This document shows positions 14,076 through 29,421 of a DNA stretch of 64,000 nucleotides, in pieces. This DNA is from Trichoplax sp. H2 (Eukaryota): contig NOWV01000126.1 of NCBI GenBank assembly GCA_003344405.1, positions 124,001 to 188,000 of the forward strand, read 5' to 3'. The translations under genes were made by a program, and so were the position numbers. The notes below the pieces were generated by a model. That model did no database searches and had not been told where the DNA came from. It saw only the letters and a list, made by a program, of their open reading frames with translations. Positions within the stretch are counted from its first letter, which is position 1, and every line of letters begins with the position of its first letter.

Positions 14076-15810
14076 CCTACCCAATAAGTTTGCATGTTTA
14101 TTATGTCTACTTTACAACTGCGAATAGGATATATCACATTATTTTCATATCATAATCTAACGTGGTTCTTTCTTAACGCTGAATACATCAATAAGCTTTA
14201 TTTCTTTTACAAAATCCTGCCTAATTCTTTGACGTAATGAGGAATTTACGATATTTAGAAAAACTACACGAAATCCTGGTGTTATGAAATGAAATTTCCG
14301 CTAGTTAAGTTGATATAGTTTCTATATTATACGCTTACTACAACTATAAATTATTCTGTTGACTATAGCAGCATTTTCACTTACGCATAAGATTTGCACT
14401 ATGTAAGTCCATTGAAGAGACTTTAGATAAAATAGTTACCGAAATGTATTTCTAATAAGTTATCATTTGTTATGAATTGATTATCGACTACTATCTTAGT
14501 TGCAAAAATATTATCGCATTCCTTGGTATTTGCATTATCCTATTAGCAAACCATTGGTTATGTTAAACTATGTAATGGTATACTATGAGCAATCAAGTTT
14601 TGTTCGGTGCTCTAGCTTTACTGAATTCGTCTGGAAATTTCCGGCAAATAGTCCTTGTTACATAATAGAACAGTTTCGAAAAAGTAACTTAAGGTAATGC
14701 TTATTTTTTAATGGAAATATAAACAGCCTGCTCAATAATTGTTAAAGAAATTACGACTTACATCTGCGTATTTTGCTAATATTTGCAAGTACTATAAATT
14801 AGCCCAGCATTTTCTAATTAGGTTTGTCTAACTATCAATGTGAGCGAATTAACATCTAATTGATGCTTACTAATCGATTGATGAATAATCTTTATAGCGT
14901 GAGGTAGTGATAAGATATAGAATATAGATCATTTTATATAATATTATCACGTATGGATCGTTAATAATGATTTCATGATATGCTATTTATTCGTATTTAA
15001 CTATTCAAATGGTTACCTGAAGATGTAAGATCATTCCTATATTGAATATTATTAAAATCAGAAGAAAAATACCAATATGACAAGAACACCAATAATTAAT
15101 GAAGATACAAATGTACTGCTAAATGTGCTAGAATTTCTATCACATTATTAGAAATGATATCAAAACTTTAGTTTCAGTTGTAAAATACTTTATAAATTTA
15201 CCGGGGCGTAGTTGAAATCCTAATAAACCTAATTATATTTAGTTAAATGAAAAATTCACGCAAATCAATTACTGCAGCTATTAATGCAAATTAATTGTCA
15301 ACATCGCTATATACCTTTTGAGTAATAAATTGAATTAATTATTTGTTTACCGCCTTAAACTTCCCGAATTTCGGTCAATTGAAGAAACATTTTGGGTTAA
15401 ATTATACGAATTATTATATGAAGCTTGATTGCTCTGACAGAACTGTTTGTAGGAGTGTTAATGGAAGAATAGGTGATTGTATAATAATTATGTGCAGATT
15501 AGTAAATAATTATCACTTAATGATAAGAAATGTCGATGAAATAATTTAAAATAAGAAGGAAGTGGTATCAGCATAAATTTATTACGCTGATTTAGTTACT
15601 GAACTATTTATTAATAGCATGCAACTACTAAACCTGCAATAGCTAGAAAATCGATGTTGCTACGTGTCACAAAACAGCTTTGCAACAAGATAACGTAATG
15701 TATGATTAATAAATCAATTCCTTGATCCACGTATCAAGGAACGATATCTGCACTACCACAAACACTTTTGCTCTACTAGCAGACTACACANNNNNNNNNN
15801 NNNNNNNNNN

Positions 15811-16146
15811 AGAAGAAGATTTTATTTGAAGAACTTGTTGAATTTAAAAGGCCTTCGGGGTCGAATTGTCGTAAGTTAAAACGTTCTTCTTTTTGAAAGG
15901 TTGTTTGGTCGTTGACAGTTTTTAAGTCTGTCATTTATTTTAATAATACTTAAAGCTAAGTATTTGTAAGGTTGTTCGGCTTATACTTCTCCATTTTTTT
16001 TTTGAAATAAATTGTTGTTCGGTTATTTCCCCAAATTTTATTTGGTGTCAAAGTATTAGCGTTAAGTCGACCGGAGTGCAACGAAAGTAGAATCAAAGTT
16101 TGTTAAAGTTTCGTAGCTTGATCTCTACGCATTTTATTTCATTACA
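15811..16146 (+). mobile_element. Probable LTR 3' end, family F (truncated by gap)
   Basis: Ends ...CATTACA precisely where the duplicated flank begins; contains AATAAA; absent from the other copy of the flank. Confidence 0.55.
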
Positions 16147-16332
16147 GTACAATAATTATGTGCAGATTAGCAAATAATTATCACTTAATGATAAGAATTG
16201 TCGATGAAATTATTTAAAATAAGAAGGAAGTGGTATCAGCATAAATTTATTACGCTGATTTAGTTACTGAACTATTTATTAATAGCATGCAACTACTAAA
16301 CCTGCAATAGCTAGAAAATCGATGTTGCTACG

Positions 16333-16961
16333 TGTCACAAAACAGCTTTGCAACAAGTTAACGTAATGTATGATTAATAAATCAATTCCTTGATCCACGT
16401 ATCAAGGAACGATATCTGCACTACCACAAACACTTTTGCTCTACTAGCAGACTACACAAAGACTTAGACGCCTCATATTTTACGTTAAACACCAACTATA
16501 AAAATCGACTTTATTACACGATATACTGTATTTATATACTATTCCTCGATAGTTCATGAGTCATACTTAGTATGATTGACTTTGGAATCATTCACTGAAT
16601 TAGATATTAATTTTAGCTACTGCTCTCTTAATGCAGACAGCAGTATTTACGAACATAAACATGTAATGACTAATACAGAACAGTCAGATTACGATATGTC
16701 CTATCACGGAACATTTCCATGATAACTTACGATCTACATCAGTAAATTACAATCACAATGGTTCGAACTGTAAATAGATGATTTGCATTCCCTTATATTA
16801 CTGTTAATTTGAGTATGTGTATATGTGTCACTGTCATAAAAAGTCAGAACTATATTAAAACACAGCATATCCAAATAAGAAGTTAACTAAATAAGGATTG
16901 GCAAACAGAATTATCCTAACATAGATATTTCTAGTCTGATACAGTATATAACACTGTCACA
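16333..16961 (-). mobile_element. Solo LTR, family A (629 bp)
   Basis: TGTCACA at both ends on the + strand; TSD CTACG at 16328-16332 and 16962-16966. Confidence 0.9.
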
Positions 16962-18153
16962 CTACGAAACCAGTATTACTTAAAAATAAATTAAAAGAAA
17001 TCATGCTTGCGGATAATACTGTCTACTAAAATAACACATGCCGTACTGTACATGAATTATTTAAATAACAACTTTGAATTACACTTTTACCTTCAAGATA
17101 AAGTCAACCGATGTAATACCGGAGCACTCATATGGTAAATTAACTCGAAAGGTACCAGTTTGGAGGAGCTACCCAAGTATTCGATGATTTAAAGATAACC
17201 CTATTGTTAAGCTATTGTTCCTAAGTACAATATACTGTTTAATATTTTTGTGTTTCTGTTAAATTTACCTAAATTAAAACAATACTAAGAACTGATTTTC
17301 ATATCGGATTGCTTTCATAATACAACTAGAGGCAATAACGACAGACAAAAGAAATAATTGACATGGTTTACGCTACGCGCCCAATTATTATATATGTTAT
17401 ATAGTAGAAAGTTAGTCATTTTTTGTAAATTCTAACAAAATCAAATTTTTAATATCTTATTATGGAGATACCATGCAAATAAACAATGTATAAATATTAG
17501 AATATCTTTCTATAACTTGACAACTCTAAAACTGCCCACGCTTCAAGAATTTCTGAAGTTACCTGTTTACTAATAAAATTAACATGAATACCAGCAATAA
17601 CCACTTATCAACTATCAATTACATATAACAATGCTAGACCTTATTATCTTTGTCCCTCTTCAGGTTTATAATAGGGTATATTAGTCAGAAATTGGCTGCA
17701 ACTATCGAGCTAGCCATCGGGTTTTTCTTTCTTATTGAGCAAATAGAATTAAGAAATTTTTAGTTTGGAAATAAAAGATCTTGCATACTCAAACATTTAT
17801 TGTTCAGATTATTAGCTACTAATTAATTTAAAACATCTTGCACCGTATCAATTGCCCATTAGTTCTTAAGTTTGCATAATAAACTAATTAAGATATTGAA
17901 TTAAATTAAAAAATTTCAATTCAATTAGTGCGATATTATCCTTTTACCAGGTACCTGCTCATGTCGATTCTGTTAATTCTGAATTAGTACGTGATCTCGA
18001 TTTAGATTTATAAGCATGATTTATTCAACTAGTTAATACTTTCCTAGGTAGTATTTATTGCTATTATTTGTAACTTGCACAGAAGCAGTCATTACTAGGG
18101 TCAATCTAACTTTTGGTAACTACCGAATTAAGTGAAAATTGGTGCGGAAAGCG

Positions 18154-19104
18154 ATGGCAAACTTTAATATTTCTGCGCCAAGTACTAATTCTAATGCAAC
18201 AGCCAGCCCATTGGCTTCTGTTTTGACCTTTACCGTGTCCTTGCTTGGAGTCTTGGGAAATTTTATTTTACTTTCAGTAATATTAACAGCTAAGAAATTG
18301 AAAGATCCTTCATATACTTTTATTACAAACGTTACTGTTTCAGATCTACTAATGGCTCTTCAAGTTTGCTTTTTGTTTTTACCAAATAATCTCACTAAGC
18401 ACTTCTTCTTTTATAATGGTATACTTGCCTGTCGGTTACTTTATTCCGTCTTCTACGCTTCCTATAATGCTTCTGTCTTCAGCCTAACTATGATTAGTAT
18501 TTATCGTTATAAAATCGTAATAAAACCTTTAAGATATCGGTTATCACCGTCTAGTTTTAAATATACTAAGATAATTATTATCTCTATATGGATCGTTAGT
18601 ATTTTAAATTGTATCCCAACATTTCTATTAACAAATTATTCTGTAAAGTATAAAGTCTGCGACGTATCTTATCCTTATGGAACAGCTTTCAACATTTTCT
18701 ATTACGTTTCTGTTTTTACAGTAACTTACATACTGCCAGTTCTGATAATGTTGGTTAATTATCTTAAAATTGGTTGTAAATTATCATCTCAAACTAGTCC
18801 TCTGACCCATACTTTCACTGATGCGAGGCAAATATCGATGAGATCAAAAGCTGTTATAAAATTTTTAGTTGGGGTTACAGCAGTTTACATGCTGTTGTCA
18901 TGGCCTTTTGTATTTGGTATCATGGCAATGTCTATTGCAAAGACAACTATTAGCCAACTAATTCAAGATTTCTCTGTTGCACCTCAATTGCTAACGTATT
19001 CGTTTGCAACATCGATGTTGGTTAGTATTATTAATCCAATACTATATTTGATGTTTGATAAGAATATCAAGTCCGAAATTCGTCGGAAAATTTATAAAAT
19101 TTAA
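18154..19104 (+). CDS. Intronless class A orphan GPCR, paralogue 2, 316 aa from ATG 18154 (ORF track starts at an upstream TTG)
   Basis: GVLGN, VSD, CR...SIYRY, ECL2 CDVSYPYG, YILP, SWP, NPILY, FDKNI; clear homology to the other three. Confidence 0.93.
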   Translation: MANFNISAPSTNSNATASPLASVLTFTVSLLGVLGNFILLSVILTAKKLKDPSYTFITNVTVSDLLMALQVCFLFLPNNLTKHFFFYNGILACRLLYSVFYASYNASVFSLTMISIYRYKIVIKPLRYRLSPSSFKYTKIIIISIWIVSILNCIPTFLLTNYSVKYKVCDVSYPYGTAFNIFYYVSVFTVTYILPVLIMLVNYLKIGCKLSSQTSPLTHTFTDARQISMRSKAVIKFLVGVTAVYMLLSWPFVFGIMAMSIAKTTISQLIQDFSVAPQLLTYSFATSMLVSIINPILYLMFDKNIKSEIRRKIYKI

Positions 19105-22100
19105 TTAGTTTAAAGCAAAATGAATCATCTATCGCGGTGAAATAACTTAAAACTATTGCAATTAGTTTCTTTTCTTCATTTATCTATTCTATATGACTTT
19201 AACAATTGTTAAATTCAAGTTTCTACATACGCTGATGTTGGTTAGTACATTGCAATACATCAAGGATAGTGACGTTCAATGTAATTGCTGATACATTGTT
19301 TGCTTTATTATTTATGTACATAGATTAATAGCGAATAAAGCTTGACAAATATGAAAACAAGTAACGTGATTTATTTTTTAAAATGAAAATACCAACAGTT
19401 CATTGTCTAGTTAACATCATATAATGTACACTGGCGCTAATATATCGATGAATTAATGAGAAATGATTATTAAATGCTGGTTTTAATTCAAAATAGACCT
19501 TAATTTACATCAGAAGATGGGTTAAATTTCTGTAATTATTCGCATAAAGCGGCTAAAAACGACAACAAACTCTAAATCTAAAATGTAGGTAGGGAGGTTT
19601 TTGAGTTCTATTTATGAGGGTCTGCGAAATCATACTGACTAATTTCAAAACGAACCTAATTACGTCAAATATTCAAGTAATCCTTCATAAGTTGCATAAA
19701 TTTGCAAAGATGCGTAAATACTGACGCTTGTCTTTGCAATAAAGCGCATATCACAATAATCTCAGTAGTGCATACTTCTAAATATGGTATAGTCTACAAT
19801 CTACATTAATTTTTACCTAGACTGTAACATAAGTCCTTATTTTTATAATCTACATTTAACTATTCATACCTTGGACGTCTCCTATACTCTTGCTTGATTG
19901 TATTGTAGAAATATCGTAATATAGAAAGAACCTATTCTTAATAGTCACTTTTATTTTACGAATAATTTCCTCCTGTTGCGTTTCTTACATTATAAGAGCG
20001 CTAATCTTGTATCTATCTTGTTAGTTAGTTCTGCTAGTTATACGGTAAGCTTATGCACTTTACCTATTCTACATCACTGTAGCTATTCGACTAGTCACGT
20101 CGTTGCATACGCTACAACATTATACGGATTTTCTCTTGTACTAATAGTAATAAACTCTACTTCTCTGCTAATTTAACTCTGGTAATTTAATTGCAATTGT
20201 GACGGACTCTAAACCTTCCGAAAAATCTTAATTTCAATTATACGCATGTAATCTATAAGTTAATGCTTACAAGCAAGAAGCTAAGTAAAAATTACGAGTA
20301 ATCGTAAATTTCTCTTTGGCTTTAGAACATGTTGAATAAGACATATAAGCATTCGTTATAATGTTTATCACTGAGGAGATTAGATTAGTGAAGCCTGCTG
20401 TATGCATACATATGTACTGAAATAACATTAATAGGTTAGTCTTATATAGACCGCTTCTAGCTTAGACGTATTGAATATTCAAATAGCCTTGACTTATTAT
20501 CAGACAGTGGAATTGAAATTAATTATCAAATATGTTAGTTGAAATTGTCCAGCTCATAATTCAAATCGTTGGGAGCTTAAATATTGTGCCTTATAGTATA
20601 GAAGAATACCTAAATTGGAATGTTCCATGAATGGGCATGCTGTAATCTGAATATCTAATGTTAGTCGTTGGATAGCTCTACCCTTAGGTATTGCTGCCTT
20701 TTTCAAGGCTTAATTTCAGATTGTTAAGTTAGCTATCTCATGGATGATTGATTAACATTGCTAACAGAAAAAAATTTTCATATATTAAATCATTAATAAA
20801 TAGTTTAAGAACTGATACTGCCATTTATTGCCAATGGCTATAATGGTAAGTTTTATTAGGCAGACCCTTGTCTTCGAAACCGATCGAAAAATCGATACCA
20901 ATGCAATTCTAGACTAACAGATCTTATCAAACTATTTATTTCTTACATTTCCCAATAAATCTATAAATGATGAAAAATCAATAATTTATTGAATGCATTG
21001 CATAATTTCGTATGTGAAATGGCTATAGGAGTCATTAATGTTAATAAAAATTCTGACAGTGAAGATTTAGTTCCTGGTTCTTTAGCTTCTTTACGACTAA
21101 ATAATCATTAGTAAGAATTTCTAATCATAAACTATAAAGTCACGCAATACAGTTGACAGCGGTATTTATAATCAATATCATATCATGATTACATCATAAA
21201 ATGGGAATGTTAAAGATTTAAGATTTTACTTTAAATTTTACATAACAGGCAAGCACATTAATTAAGGATTGAAGTCTGGTCAGTGCCTCTACGTTGATAT
21301 TTAACCAGTAGGAAATGATCATTTACCGTTCTATTAAGGAGTGCGTTATAGCTCATTAAGCTATAAATAATTACAGTGTGAATTGGATATATTAACGCCA
21401 ATACTAAATTTCTATAATAAATCTTCTGTAATTCATCCCTATCATTTAACTTAACAATGCGCCTAAAGAATGCAAAAAGTTATGATAATTAATAACTTTT
21501 TACTTTAACCTTTAAATGTCAATATTTTTCAAAATACATGCATTTATATAGTTGGTTGTAATTTCTATATTTAGAAGTTAACATATTATATCGTAGTTAC
21601 ATTTATATAATAACAACAGCTATTGTTGTTAAATAATTGTTACTGATGATAGCAATCTAGTAGACTCATTTTACATATGAGATAATTAACGCAGGATATT
21701 TAACAAATTATATGAAAAGCAAATATATTTATACTTATCAGAAGGTGTACGAATTAGCAAAATTTAACAAACATAATTTCTCCAATTGTAAATACTCTAT
21801 GTTGTGAATGTGTTATCGTACCACCCTGCCACAATATAGTCATTGCGCGGTAAAAAGATGTTACACTTTCATATACTGAGAGAATGCATGGGCCAGTAAG
21901 TACCTAGATCTGAAGATCTATTTATAGTAATTGCTGTTTGCTAAAGATACTCCAACTAAAGTTGTAAGATACACTGACGATTTTATTTCTTTATTCAGTT
22001 GTTGCAACTAATTGCTAGGGGAATCCTTCATAATTACAGCGATTGCAATCTTACACTTATCCTGTCTCTGCTACTTTATTTTCCCGTAACTTACTAACAT

Positions 22101-25100
22101 GCGTATCCTTATATACGTAAACTGTGCATTAAATACGGTTGCAATACCGTACCAAACCGATATCTATATAACTTATACAGCATTGAGTTGGGTGATTTGC
22201 TTCAAACTACACCGACGGTAACAGCCGTAGTTTCGGTGATATAGTATATCAAATACAAAATCATAATAAAGATAGAAATATAGTGTTTACAGAATGGGTA
22301 ATTTTTCTTATATAATAACTCGGATATACATATTTTAGCAGTATCTACAAATGCTTGCTATTCTATTTCACGAAAGATTGAAATTTTATTATAAATTATC
22401 CGCGTCAAATAAACTATTATTGTGATTAGTAATCATAAATTAGGTTTCGTAGTATTAATAAATATGCAGACAGGTTCTCTTATATTCTTCAATTACATTA
22501 TTCTCAATTTCATACTTCTAATACTTGAATTAACTTTTTAGGGTCATAATATCTTGCAGGTAGTTACATCGTTATCGTTAAAACTAGTAATGGTCTCTAC
22601 TAATCTTGATATCAAAAACTTTAAACGCGAAATATATCTAGACTTTCTAAGTACGGTATAGAGTTCATAGTTAGACTACAAAATGACGTTATAACTATCT
22701 TATCAAATTTTTATTACTCGCAATTACATACATGAACTAAGATGCACTGAAAAAGTAACCCGTATTGAGACCTTTAAGACAAACTTTATAAAATGCGAGC
22801 TAGCTCGTCCTATTCATAGCTAATTTCAGCAATTTTGAAGTGACTCTTTCCGATGTATAAGGCTAGAGTTAAACCAAGCGGTCATAATTAGCAATAATTG
22901 CATATACATAATTTGATTTCTATAAAATTTTAGTAGATTTCATTAAATCATTAGATATCAAAATCAATTTTATAAGCTAATGATGTCACTGTTATTATCG
23001 ATCCATTTACTGGAATTATTATTTTGCTTTAATACTGTTATAGTTAAATGACGAAAGAGTATAGTTTATTGTCGATACAGCCATCTTTGCATTTTAAAAC
23101 ATTTTTATTTACATCTGCTGTATATAAATTTGGAATAAGTTAGCAGCTAAATCCTCAATTACTTAATAGCAAAATTTACTAATAATATCAGAGTACAGAC
23201 CTCTAGCGAAGGTTTTAAGAGTAGATTTGGCTCTAAGTTGGGGGTGGACGAAAACGGTTTCACGTTAATTATCTCTAGTCAACATTAGAAAATAACTGCA
23301 CCACACTAAGTTACGAATATCAAATCTTTACATAGGTCAATATTTTCATCATATCAATCAATATAGTAAATAAACAGATGTCTTTGATTAACGATTATTT
23401 AAATTGCATTGTACTGGCTTTCCTTCACATGCTATTTTCGGAATTAGCATTATAAGAAATTTCAAATCATAAAATTTAAGATAATACTAGATGATAAGTT
23501 TAAAATTTTTAATATTATTAATGGCTCTAACGTATCACCTCCATTATAAAGCACAACTTCAGTTAATAACGTATTTTTATTAACTACACCAAATGAAGAA
23601 TAAACGTGGCATTCAAATTGACAAAATTACTTCATAAATAACATTATAAGCATTGTAAATATTATCTTTCGGTTCTAGAAGTGTTATTTAATTGTCAATA
23701 TCCGCGGTTTACATCATCATTACACATTTCATTTTGAAGTAGTATATAAGCTAGACTCATATGCTATATACAAGTTGGAAGTCGATTTAGCTACTGATTT
23801 GACTTTAATTTCAGAGATTACTGTAGCTAAATTTTTCCCAAGTTAGAGATTTTTAACAACTTTTGTTATTTATCTGAAATCAAATATCTGACTGTATACA
23901 TTTCCTCTAAGGAGAAATAGTATAAGTCTTATACTAACCGGTGAAACTAAACTCAATTCACACAATAACAATTTATGAAGTCTCATTGTTTGCTATACTG
24001 ACCTTGGTAAACATATGGTACTATACCAAAATTTCACATTGTAAAAATAATATGTTGCATCAAAGCATTCGCTATGAAAATAGTGAGTATTTGTTTTATT
24101 ACTGAAAAATTTATAGCTAATTACTTCTTACATTAAACGCTAAGATAATGAATGCGATCAATACCGCAATTTTTAAGCTAAACCCGCTTTGGTGTTGTTA
24201 TCAGTTGCGGTTACTTTAACATCAATACCAATGATGAACGGCTAGCTTAGTCACCCTTAATATTACTGTTGCGAGATTACTACACGAGCGTATCATAGAG
24301 TAATTACTATAATTGAAATTAATTTTGCTTTTTAAAAAAATAATTTATAAAATGCTAGATATATAAATCTATCTGACTGATACTTCTGGTTTTATTGTTC
24401 CATTCGTCGAGAAATATCTGTGCATGCACGAGTATATCTTCTGTTTTATTCCTATCAATTCAGGTATTAATCCGTACTCTTTATTAATTCTGCACGTTAA
24501 TAACTTACAGGTCTACAATCTTAGAATTTACATAATATTTGAAAATTGATTTAAGACATTTTTATTTTCACATCTATAAAGAAAATTTAATTATCAAGTC
24601 AAAAAATTAATACTTGAAAGAATTTCTCTTTGATTTAAACTACTATAATTTCTATACTATCTCTTTAAAGATATTTCGCTAAAGACAAAAGTAGCTGTAA
24701 CAATAATTTTTTCTGGGAATATAATCTACTTAATCAAATTTAAAATAACAGTACGTGTTTGTTATTCAATTATTAGTAAACCAAGCTTTAGCGTATAAAA
24801 TTTGACTGATTCCATTAACAAGCCGTAAGCCATATTTTGCTTTATTTTATGAATCTGATGAATACTAAAAATGCAATATTATCCTTTTGCAGTTGAAAAA
24901 TTGACTTCGTTTTATTCAACTTCTAGTTAACCTAAGATGATGCCACTCTCGAGTAATTTTCTTAAATCGATCGGTAACTATATTGAATTTACTTTATGTA
25001 AAGTTTAACCTCCGACATGGCATTGACAGTTTTAATTACTGTTTACGCTTGAAATTTGTTACAAATGGTTTATCATCCTTGATTAAGTAGGAAAGTGTCA

Positions 25101-25342
25101 TGCTGTAATAAACCTGCTGCTACAATAGCAAGAGAACTAAAGAAATAAATTTCATTCTTCTGATAAGAATTAATCAAGCAAAGAACTAGACAGAATGAAC
25201 TGTTAGTCTTAATTGTCTAGATAACACATTGTAACTATTCATCCGTATATTATTTCTAAGAAATAAAGATAAAAATCCGCTTACTGGTAGTCAATAAATA
25301 CCCGTTCTTTGTGGATATAAGTTTAATTATATCATTTTTAAT

Positions 25343-26305
25343 ATGATTAATAACAGCATAGCGAATGAAACCGTCCAAGCCAAAGGTACTGGGGTTTCTG
25401 TGATTCCCCTAGGTATTATTGGATCAATTCTAAATTTGATACTAGTCGGAATTATTTTACTTTCGAAAAAATTGAGAAGCCCATCCTATATTTTTGTTCT
25501 TAACCTGGCCGTTTCAGATTTGTTAATGTCAGTCCAAGTAAGTTTTATTTATGTGATAGATAAAGCTTCATTCGAGTTGACAACATTAATCAGCGACGTT
25601 TTATGCAAGTTGCGCTACTTTGTTATCCTTACTTGTTATAGTGCATCAGTATTAAGCTTGGCTGTAATAAGCCTATATAGACTTGAAGTTGTTCTACAGC
25701 CGCTTCGTCAAAGTTCCATTAAATTCATATTCAATCGCCCTAAAATTACTGTTATATTCATCTGGCTTACTTGCATAATCCTTAATATTCCAGTTATTCT
25801 AACAATAAGATACGATGACCAAATCGGCGTTTGTGACTTATATTTCCCATTGGGTCAGCTATACAGTAGTATATGCTTCGGAATTTTATTGACACTCACT
25901 TACTTCATCCCTCTTGTGATAATGGTACTAACTTATCACCGCATTGGTATCAGATTACGGGCAACAAATAGTGCGATATTTGTCAGTAGCAGTCGTAATA
26001 ATCATGGCCTTAATCATCGTACTAAAATCGCTATCAAATTTTTATCTATAGCAACTGCCATTTATATGCTTTTATCTTGGCCACTACTGGTCTCATTTCT
26101 AATACAAGCAATACTGGGACTAACTTATTCAGCTATGTATCATAAGTCAAGCGCTGCTGCAGCATTTCACATCATAGCAAATTCTGTAACTTTTATGGTT
26201 AGTTTAATCAATCCAATTTTATATTTGATCTATGATAAGAATATTAAATTAGAGATTCGAAGATTAAACCGTATAATTATTGCATATTTATTTCGAGACC
26301 AATAA
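25343..26305 (+). CDS. Intronless class A orphan GPCR, paralogue 3, 320 aa
   Basis: GSILN, LAVSD, CK...SLYRL, CDLYFPLG, YFIP, SWP, NPILY, YDKNI. Confidence 0.93.
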   Translation: MINNSIANETVQAKGTGVSVIPLGIIGSILNLILVGIILLSKKLRSPSYIFVLNLAVSDLLMSVQVSFIYVIDKASFELTTLISDVLCKLRYFVILTCYSASVLSLAVISLYRLEVVLQPLRQSSIKFIFNRPKITVIFIWLTCIILNIPVILTIRYDDQIGVCDLYFPLGQLYSSICFGILLTLTYFIPLVIMVLTYHRIGIRLRATNSAIFVSSSRNNHGLNHRTKIAIKFLSIATAIYMLLSWPLLVSFLIQAILGLTYSAMYHKSSAAAAFHIIANSVTFMVSLINPILYLIYDKNIKLEIRRLNRIIIAYLFRDQ

Positions 26306-29179
26306 AATTGATAATTTTAAATTTGCGACCTACCAGTAAGTTCCAGAATAATGTTAAACATCTTAGTTCGCCAAAGTGTAGGTTTTCAAATCAACTCCGC
26401 CTATGTATCACCATATCGGAAATATTTTATAGATATTTTCAAGATATTGCCAATTTAAACATACTCAATCGAATAGATACTCACTCATAATCGAAAACAT
26501 GTCTTAAAGTCAATAATACTTAAATTTCTGGCACAGTACCTTTGAAACCAGCTCATATAGTCCTATAGCAAACTGGAGTATCGCAGTTTGTTCGATGTTT
26601 CTTCTTGTTTTATCATTTAATCGCAGAATCATATATGTATGCAATTGTTTCTTCGTCGTCATATCAAGGGGTGACCAACTTAAATCTTATGCTTCTTATG
26701 AAATATCGTTAAAGATGTTAGTAAAATACAGTAAATAAATACTGAATTCAATGGCCGTCATATCACTGAATGAAAGTGAAAAACTTTTCTTATTATATTA
26801 TTGTTGTTGCTATTTGTTCAGGGTATCGATCATTGAAAAATTGGTTTACAAAGTTAGCAAGTGTTAGCTCCAATAAGTTAGGATGTTATTTTCTTTTCCT
26901 AAATATTAGCATTTGATATTTTGAATATTAAGTAAGCTTGACTATAGCTTCCGTCTTGAGATTATCCGTGCAGATCGATCAACTTCTGCAGTCTTAAATA
27001 ATCTGCTAATTTTTTACGGCTATTCTACAGTTTCTGGAATTGCTGATAACTGGTGCCATTAGATTTCATTTAGTAAATCGTACGTATCAATTATTTATGA
27101 TGAAATGAGACTTAGATATGTGATAAAGCCTATTTATTCTAGAAAATACTACGATGATATAAAAAGTTCATAATTGTTAAAGTAACATTAATTAGTTTAT
27201 ATAAAGAAGTCTCGAAGTATTAGTTAGGAATATTTAAGGGAAAAGTTTTTGTGTTAGGAAACTGTTAGATTGATAGCAAGATCGATGCGTAAAAACGATT
27301 TTTATTGTTCCTCTATTTACGTGCATCTGGTTGCTTAGGATCACTTTTAAAGTTTTATTAGAGAAATGTATCATTATCTTCCCCGCTATACTCACAATTT
27401 AAATATATTCATGACCGAAATGCTTACTCATCTATGAAAAATCGATATATTACAGCACGCTTTTAAAAAATCAATACGGTAATTTTCATTATTGTCATAA
27501 CGAAACGTAGATGATCGAATAAATGTTTACAAATTTTATTTCCATTGAACTTGTTAATGCATACTATCTTGTAAAAATGATGTATTGTGCTGAAGTTTTT
27601 GAGGCGTTTTTGTTCGGGAACTTAATTTAAATGTATTTATACAAAAATGTAACTTCATTTTGTATGTTTTCAGCGCTCTTTCTATTTTAGCAGTGGAGCT
27701 AGTACGTTTTTGAAATTATCTGTCTTAGCAAAATCTGTTTTTGCATAGCCAAGTAATGAGATATCTTAAGTTTCAATAGGTTAAAAATGAAAAGACGTAC
27801 ATTTGCAAGGATCTGAAGACGATAAGACGGATAGATAATATTTGAGAGAGAAAGCACTTGAATCATAACGATAAACAAGCATAAACTTTCTTGAATCGTT
27901 TTATACCTATTCTTTTGGCATTTAGTAAATTAATAGGGCTGCATTTATATACCATTACAGCTCGATTAGTTACGGATTACTACGTAGAAGTTTAATGTCA
28001 ATGTCTATGGAATTTACCGATATAAATAAAATGAAAATGAGACGCTATCTAAATATGAATAATAATTGGAGACACAAAACTTTGATTTAATATTTTATCT
28101 TTGCAAGTGTTTTCGCTTTATCGAATTTTCTACAGCAACCTGCAGTTTGCTGATCAAAGCGTCTTTTGAGTAGGAAAGATTTAAATGCACTTTTAATATA
28201 TATAAAAATTATTTTTTTTATATACAAGTATATTCTTATAATTTACATGATTTTAGATATAATTACGCTATTAACGATTATCTATAATTTAGAATTTATT
28301 TTTGCAGTAATTGTTATCAATTAGCATTTAAGCATTCGAGATAGTTGTTGCAACTCTATAAGCATTCATTTAATTAGCAGTATGTTATAGTTATTGACGG
28401 ACTGTGGAACATAATCCTACCATACTGAAGGTGATTGTCTTATTCAGTATTGCCATACAATGTCATTAGGCTGTTATTGTAAAGAAATGTGCATTGTATA
28501 GTAATGTATGTATTTTGCTTATTATGCATAATATGAACATTATTATGCTCTTAGAATAGCTCTGTACTATGCATTAGTATCTAAAGAACTTGCTATGCTA
28601 GAAATAAAGGATTAGGTTAGTAACTGCCTTTGCGACTCTTGGATTATTCTTTTGAATATAACAATTGGTAGATAACATGAGAGCAATGACAGCGCCTAGA
28701 ATAATACTTTCGGTGATGGCTTTCTAACCTGGAGAATGTACCCTCACATGCTCAGATAAAGCTTTTGTAGACCATCCCCTTTCCAAACCAACAATAAAAA
28801 GAGAAAATTTTGAATAGAACCTCGAATTAAATTAATTTAAGCATATGGCTAGCTCAGAAAACGAGTGAATACTATTTTGAGTCGTTACGGTACTACGTTA
28901 CCTAAATTATAGAGTTTAAGAAAGTATTGTTACTGATAGTATTTCAGTGTTATAGTATAAGAAATGCTAGGATTTATTGTACTGGCAACTGTAGGAATTA
29001 ATATCCTATAGTAAATCAATATTTCTCTTGCTTTATTCGAAAAATGAAAGTTATGAACGTTATTGTGTTTTTGTAATGTGATACGGCTATTAGCCAATAA
29101 GGCCTTTTGTGATTACGCACGTAATTTAGATAAGATTATTCTTTATAAATAAGTTTATCTTTTCATCTAATCATATCAT

Positions 29180-29356
29180 TGTCACAAACCAACTTCGTGA
29201 CAAGTATAACGTAAAAACAAATCTCTAAATTACTATAGTCTCCGGGATTCAGTATCCCTACTTACTAGAATTTAGACGCCTTTGATTCTACGTTAAAACA
29301 ACTATACAATTGAGAACTGCTTTATTCAACTATCTGACGGGTTTATATACCCTTCT
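29180..29356 (-). mobile_element. LTR family B (distantly related to A), partial, nested in repeat D
   Basis: Begins TGTCACAAA on the + strand like family A and shares the TTAGACGCCT...TACGTTAAA block; TATATAAA and AATAAA on the minus strand; absent in the second copy of the flank. Confidence 0.7.
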
Positions 29357-29421
29357 NNNNNNNNNNNNNNNNNNNNTAAATTATAGAGTTTAAGAAAGTA
29401 TTGTTACTGATAGTATTTCAG

